From positions 576,613-640,612 of the forward strand of contig CAWIYR010000002.1 in assembly GCA_963840375.1 (NCBI GenBank): a stretch of DNA of 64,000 nt, given 5' to 3'. Below the pieces are notes generated by a model. The model did no database searches, was not told the DNA's origin, and saw only the letters and a program-made list of their open reading frames with translations. The stretch's first letter is position 1. Each line of letters begins with the position of its first letter. Made by a program: the position numbers and the translations under genes. The stretch is from an uncultured Chloroflexia bacterium (GTDB taxonomy: Bacteria; Chloroflexota; Limnocylindria; Limnocylindrales; CSP1-4). Below, one piece after another: positions 56,811 through 64,000 of the stretch.

Positions 56811-56851
56811 GAAATCGATTGCCGCAATCGATTGCCGCAATCGATTGCGCG
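56811..56851. promoter_or_regulatory. Three tandem 13-bp units, each with a LacI-type palindrome GCAATCGATTGC
   Basis: gAAATCGATTGCc GCAATCGATTGCc GCAATCGATTGCg. The perfect 12-bp palindromes are at 56824-56835 and 56837-56848, with a one-mismatch copy at 56811-56822. The central CGs are 13 bp apart. The sequence fits the LacI/GalR pattern G-N-A-A-N-C-G-N-T-T-N-C. Confidence 0.5.
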
Positions 56852-56860
56852 ATTTGCGGG

Positions 56861-56890
56861 AGTATCCACGGTGGGCCGTGGTCCTGTCAA
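56861..56890 (-). promoter_or_regulatory. Near-consensus sigma-70/SigA-type promoter for the 12-gene minus-strand cluster
   Basis: On the minus strand: TTGACA (56890-56885), an 18-nt spacer, then GATACT (56866-56861). The operator array begins about 10 nt downstream of the -10 box. The start codon at 56775 has GGAGG 13 nt upstream. Confidence 0.45.
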
Positions 56891-57042
56891 CACCGGGGAC
56901 CCGAGCCGGGCCGAAGAAGGCGAGGCGGCAGGGTCGGGCGGCTGGATGGGGCCTGGAGGGCCCCAACCGACGACGCTCGGCGACGGACGGGATCGGCGAC
57001 TCGCCGTGGTCCAGGGCCGGGGTCCTGGGGTGCCCCCGCAGG

Positions 57043-57648
57043 TCAGCGCTTGGCCCAGTAGTCGTCGCTGGTCTTGCTGGCTGCCAGTGCGGCCGGGGTC
57101 TCGAAGCCGGGCGCCATCGATGCCGGATCGCCGGCGAGGACCGCGTGGTGCTCGATGTCGAGCAACCGCAGCCAACTCTGCTGACCCATCGTGAGCGCGA
57201 TGAAGTAGCCGAGCTCGACGAGTTCGGGCTCGGTGAAGTGCCGATACAGCCGCTCCCAGAACGCGTCGTCGGGATCCAGCCGCCAGGTGATGGCCTCCGC
57301 GTAGGCCAGGGCGGCCTTCTGGCGTTCGTCGTAGGCGTCCGAGGTCTCGAAGTTCAGCAGCTGGTCGTACTTGCCCTCGCTCAGTCCCTGCGCCGAGGCC
57401 TGCACGGACCGTTGGTTGCCGCAGTACTCGCACTTGACGGTGCGTGACACGTAGACGCGACAGAGCTCCTTGATCGTGTGGTCGCAGACACCCTCGCGGA
57501 ACACCGCCTGCCACGAGTCAGCGAACGACCAGAAGACGGCCGGGACGTGGGCCCGTACGGACTGGCTCTCCGGCCGCGGCGTCCCGAACCGGGCGCATCG
57601 CTCCAGCTCGGCGCGCATCTTCTCGTCGACGGACTCCGGCTGGGACAT
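57043..57648 (-). CDS. Carboxymuconolactone decarboxylase (AhpD-like) family protein
   Basis: 201 aa with a CxxC-containing motif (VKCEYCGNQR) in an all-helical AhpD-like context. Confidence 0.8.
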   Translation of the reverse strand: MSQPESVDEKMRAELERCARFGTPRPESQSVRAHVPAVFWSFADSWQAVFREGVCDHTIKELCRVYVSRTVKCEYCGNQRSVQASAQGLSEGKYDQLLNFETSDAYDERQKAALAYAEAITWRLDPDDAFWERLYRHFTEPELVELGYFIALTMGQQSWLRLLDIEHHAVLAGDPASMAPGFETPAALAASKTSDDYWAKR

Positions 57649-57780
57649 AGCTGATCCGTTGCCGGCCCGTCATCCGTGTCTCCTCGTCCATTCCGACCCG
57701 ATCGGATCCTCGTCCGATGCGTGACCGGGCTCCGCCTCCCGGACACTACACCCTGGTCGCCGCCCGGTCCGGCACGGGCA

Positions 57781-57810
57781 CGGGCACCGGCACGGGCATG
57801 GACCGAGGCT
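57781..57810. repeat. Intergenic hexanucleotide microsatellite (GGCACG)n, 5 units
   Basis: GGCACG GGCACG GGCACC GGCACG GGCATG, in the divergent intergenic region between 57648 and 57940. Confidence 0.9.
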
Positions 57811-57939
57811 GGGCCGCGTCGCGGACCGTACGCTCGAACCGGGACACCGCGCCTAGACTTGCCGAGGCGACACCACGACGGATCCCGTCCCGCCGCCGGA
57901 GCCGGCGGGGTCGGGCCCGCGATACGGAGGGCGAACGCG

Positions 57940-58791
57940 ATGCACGGATCGCCGATCGTGACGCCGGCGTGGCTGCACCAGCACCTTGACGACCCGGGGC
58001 TGGCGGTCGCCCAGATCCGCTACGAGCTCGACGAGGACGATTACGCCGACGGTCACATCCCGGGCGCCCGGTGGTGGTACTGGAAGGACCTGCTGTGGCA
58101 CCCGACCGACCGGGAGTTCGCGACGCCTGCCGAGATGGCGGCGCGACTCGCGGCCGGCGGGATCGACGAGGCCACGACGCTCGTCCTCTACAGCGGTCGC
58201 AATCACTACGCGATGCACGCCTACTGGGTCCTCCACGAGATGCTCGGGCACCCCGACGTTCGCGTGCTGGACGGAGGGAAGCGACGTTGGACCCTCGAGG
58301 GTCGACCGCTGACGACGGCCGTGCCGGCGATCACGCCGGTCGCGTATCGACCTGCGCGCTCCGAACGGGACGACACATCACGGGTCGATCGGGACGACGT
58401 CCGGGCCCATCTCCATCGGTCCGGCCGGTTGCTCATCGACGCCCGGACCGGCGAGGAGTTCCGCGGTGAGCGCGTCAAGCCCGCTCCGGGGTTCGATCAC
58501 GGGGCCGAGTGCCGGGGTCACATCCCGGGTGCGCTGAACCTGCACGGGCGCGAGCTGCTCGATCCGGATGACTTCACCGTCAAGCCGCCCGACGAGCTCG
58601 AGCGGATGTTCCGGGCGATCGGCGCCGCACCGGACCAGACCGATGAGGTCGTCGTCTACTGCCGGCTCTCGCACCGTGCGAGCTCGGTCTGGTTCGTGAT
58701 GACCCAGGTCCTCGGGTGGGACCATGTCCGGGTCTACGACGGGTCGTGGACCGAGTGGGGCAGCGCCGTGGGCTTCCCGGTCGAGCGGTAG
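57940..58791 (+). CDS. Thiosulfate/3-mercaptopyruvate sulfurtransferase (tandem rhodanese domains)
   Basis: ATG 57940 has GGAGGG 8 nt upstream. GHIPGA occurs in both domains. The active-site loop is YCRLSHRAS. Confidence 0.9.
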   Translation: MHGSPIVTPAWLHQHLDDPGLAVAQIRYELDEDDYADGHIPGARWWYWKDLLWHPTDREFATPAEMAARLAAGGIDEATTLVLYSGRNHYAMHAYWVLHEMLGHPDVRVLDGGKRRWTLEGRPLTTAVPAITPVAYRPARSERDDTSRVDRDDVRAHLHRSGRLLIDARTGEEFRGERVKPAPGFDHGAECRGHIPGALNLHGRELLDPDDFTVKPPDELERMFRAIGAAPDQTDEVVVYCRLSHRASSVWFVMTQVLGWDHVRVYDGSWTEWGSAVGFPVER

Positions 58792-58844
58792 CGCAGGGAC
58801 CCCACCGGCGCCTGGCGCACGAGCGCGAGCGGCCGGGCCGAGGC

Positions 58845-60692
58845 CTACGCGCCCAGGCGCCTCCCGAGTACCTCGAGCTGCCCGGCCAGCTCGGCGGGTA
58901 GTCGGTCTCCGAACCGGGCGTAGTGCGCTTCCAGCTGGGGCATCTCGCCAGCCCAGGCGGGACCATCCACCCGCAGCAGCTCGACCAGCGCGTCGGTCGG
59001 CACGTCCAGCCCGGTCGTGTCGAGATCGCCCGGGACCGGGACCCAGCCGATCGGCGTGTCCTGGGCCTCGCCCTCACCATCACAACGACGGAACATCCAT
59101 TCGAGGACCCGGCTGTTCTCGCCGAAGCCCGGCCACAGCCAGCGGCCCTCGGCGTCCCGGCGGAACCAGTTCACGTAGAAGATCCGGGGGTGCTTGTCGG
59201 CCGGGGCCTCCTGCCCGATCCGCAGCCAGTGCGCCCAGTGGTCGGCCATGTTGTAGCCGCAGAACGGGAGCATCGCGAACGGGTCGAAGCGGAGCTTCCC
59301 GACCTCGCCGAACGCGGCGGCGGTCGTCTCGGAGCTCATGATCGAGCCCAGGAAGACCCCGTGCTCCCAGTCGAAGGCCTCGCGGACGAGCGGAACGACG
59401 CCCGCCCGACGGCCGCCGAACATGATCCCGTCGATGGGGACGCCGGCGGGGTCCTCCCACTCGGGGGCGACGGCCGGGTTCCGGGTCGCGGCGACCGTGA
59501 ACCGTGCGTTGGGGTGGGCTGCCGGGCGGCCGGCGTCGGCCGTCCAGTCGCGCCCGGTCCAGTCCACGAGGTGCGCGGGCGGCACCTCGGTCAACCCCTC
59601 CCACCAGACATCGCCGTCGTCGGTCAGGGCCACGTTCGTATAGATGGTGTTCGCATCGAGCATCCGGATCGCGTTGGGGTTGGTCCGTTCGCTCGTGCCG
59701 GGCGCGACGCCGAAGAAGCCTGCCTCCGGGTTGATCGCGTACAGGCGACCGTCGTCCCCGAACCGCATCCAGCAGATGTCGTCGCCGACCGTCTCCACGG
59801 TCCAGCCGGGCAGGGTCGGGACGAGCATCGCCAGGTTCGTCTTGCCGCACGCGGAGGGGAAGGCCCCGGCGAAGAACTTGGACCGCCCGTCCGGCGCCGT
59901 GACCTTCATGATCAGCATGTGCTCCGCGAGCCAGCCTTCGTCGCGGGCGATCGCCGACGCGATCCGCAGCGAGTAGCACTTCTTGCCGAGCAGCGCGTTC
60001 CCGCCGTAGCCGGAGCCGTACGACCAGATCTCGCGGGTCTCGGGGAACTGGACGATGTACTTCGTCTCGGCGTCGCACGGCCAGGGCACGTCCGGTTCGC
60101 CCGGAGCGAGCGGCGCGCCGACCGTGTGGAGGCACGGCACGAACTGACCGGCCACGCGGATCGCCTCCAGGGCGGGGACGCCCATCCGGGTCATGATCCC
60201 CATGTTCACCACGACGTATGCGGAATCCGTGATCTGGACGCCGAGGCGGCTGATCGGCGAACCGAGGGGGCCCATCGAGAACGGGATGACGTACATCGTC
60301 CGACCCCGCATCGACCCACGGAAGAGGTCGGTGAGCGTGGTCCGCATCTCATCGGGGTCGCGCCAGTTGTTGGTGGGTCCCGCATCGGCCGCCCGACGCG
60401 AGCAGATGAAGGTGCGGTCCTCGACCCGTGCCACGTCGCTCGGATCGGAGCGGGCCAGGAAGCTGCCGGGCCGTCTCACCGGGTCAAGGGGCGTGAACGT
60501 GCCGGCGTCGACGAGTCGACCGCACAGATCGGCGTATTCCTCGTCCGACCCGTCGCACCAGTGCACGCTGTCGGGCGTGGTCAGGGCGGCGATGTCGTCG
60601 ATCCAGCGGACGAGCTCGGGCATCCCGTCGGGCCGACCCATCCCGGCGTGTGCCACCGTCGACGCCCCGGTGTTCGTCCCCGCGGTGCCCAT
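58845..60692 (-). CDS. pckG: Phosphoenolpyruvate carboxykinase (GTP)
   Basis: ATG 60692 has AGGAG 5 nt upstream. Motifs are [41 protein letters not shown] and [23 protein letters not shown]. The upstream part of the 690-aa track ORF is rejected. Confidence 0.95.
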   Translation of the reverse strand: MGTAGTNTGASTVAHAGMGRPDGMPELVRWIDDIAALTTPDSVHWCDGSDEEYADLCGRLVDAGTFTPLDPVRRPGSFLARSDPSDVARVEDRTFICSRRAADAGPTNNWRDPDEMRTTLTDLFRGSMRGRTMYVIPFSMGPLGSPISRLGVQITDSAYVVVNMGIMTRMGVPALEAIRVAGQFVPCLHTVGAPLAPGEPDVPWPCDAETKYIVQFPETREIWSYGSGYGGNALLGKKCYSLRIASAIARDEGWLAEHMLIMKVTAPDGRSKFFAGAFPSACGKTNLAMLVPTLPGWTVETVGDDICWMRFGDDGRLYAINPEAGFFGVAPGTSERTNPNAIRMLDANTIYTNVALTDDGDVWWEGLTEVPPAHLVDWTGRDWTADAGRPAAHPNARFTVAATRNPAVAPEWEDPAGVPIDGIMFGGRRAGVVPLVREAFDWEHGVFLGSIMSSETTAAAFGEVGKLRFDPFAMLPFCGYNMADHWAHWLRIGQEAPADKHPRIFYVNWFRRDAEGRWLWPGFGENSRVLEWMFRRCDGEGEAQDTPIGWVPVPGDLDTTGLDVPTDALVELLRVDGPAWAGEMPQLEAHYARFGDRLPAELAGQLEVLGRRLGA

Positions 60693-60861
60693 GGTGTCTC
60701 CTGCCTCGCGCGCTTCCACACCTTCCTCCGGGAGCGGGACGTGCCGGGACGATACCGCAACGCCGACCACCGCGGGGCCCCGCGCTCTGCGGTCCCGCTC
60801 GCTGCGACATCGTCGGCGGGCCGTTACACTCGGCGGCCTCGCAACCAGCGGAAGGAACGGC

Positions 60862-63040
60862 ATGCCCACCCACCAGCGCCTCGATCCGGCCGTGGAGTGG
60901 TCGGAGCTCGTCGTCACCGAGGCGGACTGGGACGCGGCGGAGCCGACGCTGCTCAGGGCGATGCTGAGCCAGCTCGTCCTGATCCGGGCGTTCGAGAGCT
61001 ACGTCCTCGAGCTGGCGTCCGCGGGGCTGATCCACGGGCCGGCGCACTCCAGCATCGGACAGGAGGGTGGGGCGGTCGGCGCGGTGATCGGCCTGACCTC
61101 CCATGACACCGTGAACGGTTCCCATCGCGGGCACCACCAGTTCCTGGCCAAGGTCCTCGGTCACCTCCATCCGGAGGGGATCGACCCGGCGCAGCCGTAC
61201 CCTGACGATGTCAGGGCCGTCCTGCTGCGCAGCCTTCGCGAGATCTGCGGCCTCGACCTCGGCTTCAGCCACGGCCGCGGCGGGAGCATGCACCTGCAGT
61301 GGATCGAGGCAGGCGCGATCGGCACGAACGCCATCGTGGGCGGCGGCGTCCCGCTCGCAGCGGGTTCGGCCTGGGCCCACAGACATGCCGGAACAGACGC
61401 CGTCGCCTTCAGCTTCTTCGGTGACGGCGCGATCAACATCGGGTCGACCCTCGAGACGTTCAACCTGGCCGCCGCGTGGAAGCTGCCCCTCTGCTTCTTC
61501 GTCGAGAACAACCAGTACGCGGTCTCCACCAGCGTCACCGAAGCGACGGCCGAGCCACGTCTCTCCGCTCGGGGTCCGGGCTTCGGGATCCAGAGCTGGA
61601 AGGTCGACGGGATGGACCCGCTCGCCGTCTACCTCGCCACCCAGGAGGCGGTGCGACACATGCGCGCCGGCGGCGGACCGACCCTCATCGAGGCAGACGT
61701 CTACCGCTACTTCCACCAGAACGGCCCGTTCCCGGGCAGCGCGTTCGGGTACCGGACGAAGGCGGAGGAGGCCGCCTGGCGCGCTCGCGACCCGATCGAC
61801 GCGACCGCTGCGCCACCTGGTGCGCCGGGGGTTGATGGACCAGGCCGACATCGACGCCGCCGTCGCGCGCGCCCGGGCGCTGATGGAGGAGCTTGGCGAG
61901 GTCATCCTCGAACCCGCTCCGGGCGGGAGATCCACGGAGCGCCGGATCAAGCCCTCCGAATGGCCGGACCCCGGCTTCGCCGACCACGGGGTGCGCGGCG
62001 ACCTGACCGAGCTGGCCGGGGTGTCGTTCACGGACGTCGAGGATTTCGCGGGGCGGCTGCAAGAGGTCAAGTTCATCGATGCGGTCGCCGGCGTCATGGG
62101 TCGCCGACTCGAGACGGATCCCCGGATCGTCGTGATGGGGGAGGACATCCATCACCTCAACGGGGGCACGAACGGGGCCACGCGCGGGCTCAAGGATGCC
62201 TTCCCGGACCGCATCCTGGGGACGCCCATCAGCGAGAACGCCTTCGCGGGGCTGGGCGGTGGGATCGCGCTCGATGGCCGGTTCCGGCCGGTCGTCGAGT
62301 TCATGTACGCCGACTTCCTGTGGGTGGCCGCCGACCAGCTGTTCAACCAGATCGCCAAGGCGCGACACATGTTCGGGGGCGACGGGAAGGTGCCGATCGT
62401 CGTTCGGAGCAAGGTCGCCATGGGGACCGGCTACGGCTCGCAGCACTCGATGGACCCGGCCGGGATCTTCGCCACGTCGGCCGGCTGGCGGATCGTCGCG
62501 CCATCGACCCCGTTCGACTATGTCGGCCTGATGAACACGGCGCTCGCCTGCGACGACCCGGTGGTGGTCCTCGAGCACGTCGACCTGTATAACTCGAGCG
62601 GACCAGGCCTCCCCGACGACTACGACCACTACCTCCCGGTCGGCAAGGCCGCGATCCGACGCCACGGTCGAGCCGTGACCATCCTCACGTATCTCGCCAT
62701 GACCCGCTACGTTCTCGAGGCGGTCGAGGAGACGGGAGTCGACGCGGAGGTCATCGACCTTCGCTGGCTGGACCGCGCGAGCCTCGACTGGGGCACCATC
62801 GAGGAGAGCGTCAAGAAGACGAACAATGTCCTGATCGCCGAGCAGGGGGCGATCGGGACGTCGTACGGCGGATGGCTCGCCGACGAGATCCAGCGCCGCT
62901 TCTTCGACTGGCTCGACTCCCCGATCGAGCGGGTCACGGGCGGCGAGGCGTCGCCGAGCATCAGCAAGGTCCTCGAGCGCGCAGCCATCGCGAGGACCGA
63001 GGAAGTCGCCGCGCGCCTGCGCCAGATGCCGCTGGGCTGA
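60862..63040 (+). pseudogene. 2-oxoacid (pyruvate/acetoin/branched-chain) dehydrogenase E1 with alpha and beta subunits fused, interrupted by a 1-nt frameshift
   Basis: The alpha part from ATG 60862 has the TPP motif FGDGAINIGSTLETFNLAAAWKLPLCFFVENNQYA and reads to ..AWRARDPID. The frame changes at ~61801-61805. It then reads PLRHLVRRGLMDQADIDAAVARARALMEE.., a linker, and the beta part KFIDAVAGVMGRRLETDPRIVVMGEDI..GTPISENAF..VVLEHVDLY.. ending at 63040. No stop separates alpha from beta. Confidence 0.8.
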
Positions 63041-63041
63041 C

Positions 63042-64000
63042 ATGCCGGAGATCCTTCGGATGCCCGAGATCGCGGCGAACACGACCGAGGCCGTGCTCAC
63101 GGCCTGGGCCGTGCCGGAAGGTGGCGCGTTCGCCGCCGGTGACACGCTCGTCGAGATCGAGACCGAGAAAGCGAACGTCGACATCCCGGCGGAGACAGGA
63201 GGCGTCCTCCTGCGTCGTCTGGTCGTCGAGGGGACTCGCGTGGAGGCGGGTTCCCCGATCGCGCTGCTTGGCGCGGTGGGCGAGATGGTCGAGGACGTGG
63301 ATCGGGCCCTCGTCGAGTTCGGCCTCGCCGGAGCGACGGCCGTGGGTGGCTCGTCCGCCGGCGCTCCGGGTGTCGCGGCCGAAGAGGGATCGCGCCGGCA
63401 GGTCGAGTCAGGAGTGTCCCGTGACGCCGGCGGGGCGCCGCACGGCGAGCGCCTGTTCGCAAGCCCGGTGGCCCGACGGCTGGCCCGCGACGCCGGCGTC
63501 GATCTCGCTGGACTCACGGGGACCGGGCCTGGGGGCCGGATCCGAAGGCGGGACGTCGAGGAGCTCATCGCCCGACGGACCGGGCCTATTCCGGCCCCGA
63601 TGTCGCCCCCGCCCGCCGCCGCCGCCCGCCCGGCCCCGGCCGCGAGCGCCGGCGGCGGCTCGAGCATCGTCTTCCCGCCCGGCGCGGACGAGGTCCTCGT
63701 CCCGCTGACCCAGATGCGCAGGGGCATCGCCGCCCAGATGACCCGGGCCCTGGCCGTGCCCCATGCCTACGTCCACATGGAGGTGGACGTCACCAACCTC
63801 GTCCGCCTGCGCGAGTCGGCGAAGCGCGACTTCCAGGCCCGCGAGGGGCTGTCGCTGAGCTACGTCCCGTTCGTCGTGAAGGCCTCGGTCGAGGCGCTCA
63901 GGCGCTACCCGGCCTTCAACGCCCACTGGACCGAGGCGGGCCTGCTGGCCAGGCGTCGGGTCAACGTCGGAGTGGCCGTGGCCGTCGACGAGGGGCTCAT
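63042..64000 (+). CDS. Dihydrolipoamide acyltransferase (E2) of a 2-oxoacid dehydrogenase complex (partial; 3' end is outside the window)
   Basis: Not in the ORF track because it runs off the right edge. ATG 63042 lies 2 nt after the E1 stop. The lipoyl domain is MPEILRMPEIAANTTEAVLTAWAVPEGGAFAAGDTLVEIETEKANVDI. The E1/E3-binding domain is FASPVARRLARDAGVDLAGLTGTGPGGRIRRRDV. The catalytic domain begins VPLTQMRRGIAAQMTRAL. I translated it codon by codon to position 64000 with no stop. Confidence 0.9.
   Translation, partial: MPEILRMPEIAANTTEAVLTAWAVPEGGAFAAGDTLVEIETEKANVDIPAETGGVLLRRLVVEGTRVEAGSPIALLGAVGEMVEDVDRALVEFGLAGATAVGGSSAGAPGVAAEEGSRRQVESGVSRDAGGAPHGERLFASPVARRLARDAGVDLAGLTGTGPGGRIRRRDVEELIARRTGPIPAPMSPPPAAAARPAPAASAGGGSSIVFPPGADEVLVPLTQMRRGIAAQMTRALAVPHAYVHMEVDVTNLVRLRESAKRDFQAREGLSLSYVPFVVKASVEALRRYPAFNAHWTEAGLLARRRVNVGVAVAVDEGL

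Noticed and set aside
56811-56851. Possible CRISPR-like or minisatellite array
   Set aside because: The units are only 13 bp long, directly abutting and without spacers, and no cas genes are present. The palindromic content and promoter-proximal position fit an operator array better.
58923-63727. Plus-strand 727-aa ORF opposite pckG and minus-strand 680-aa ORF opposite the E1/E2 genes
   Set aside because: These are shadow frames. The opposite strands carry canonical PckG, E1 and E2 motifs.

Overview
Very high-GC (about 70% by eye) chromosomal segment. GGAGG ribosome-binding sites, frequent GTG/TTG starts, lipoboxes, a CUT1 sugar ABC importer without its own ATPase, a GTP-type PEP carboxykinase, an EXLDI-family protein and a Ddn/F420-type relic point to Actinomycetota or a similar high-GC monoderm lineage. 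I call about 50 protein-coding genes. Two run off the window edges and are absent from the ORF track. I found no tRNA, rRNA, CRISPR array, transposase or integrase. Left to right: (1) a signalling-rich stretch with four class III nucleotide-cyclase genes or relics, an orphan CpaF-type ATPase fused to a RidA domain next to a Cys-rich pentapeptide-repeat gene, ettA, and an acyl-CoA synthetase. (2) An 8.7-kb cyclic beta-1,2-glucan synthase gene flanked by an Ala-rich hypothetical gene and a cyclase-NB-ARC-TPR STAND gene. (3) A small lower-GC island and an EXLDI + ABC-2 exporter module. (4) A divergent DeoR-controlled sugar locus (GH4, SIS, two PfkB kinases, LacD-type aldolase, ABC importer, amidohydrolase). 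(5) A tight 12-gene minus-strand cluster (Liv-type ABC importer, LacI regulator, oxidoreductases, hydrolases) behind a near-consensus promoter and a triple LacI-type palindromic operator array. (6) pckG and a fused E1 alpha-beta/E2 2-oxoacid dehydrogenase locus. Three otherwise intact genes carry single-nucleotide frameshifts, and there are two decayed gene relics. No single feature is an unambiguous new system. The best candidates for follow-up are the CpaF-RidA/pentapeptide pair, the EXLDI-ABC module, the two catabolic loci of unknown substrate and the tandem operator array. All family assignments come from motif recognition by eye, not from database searches.
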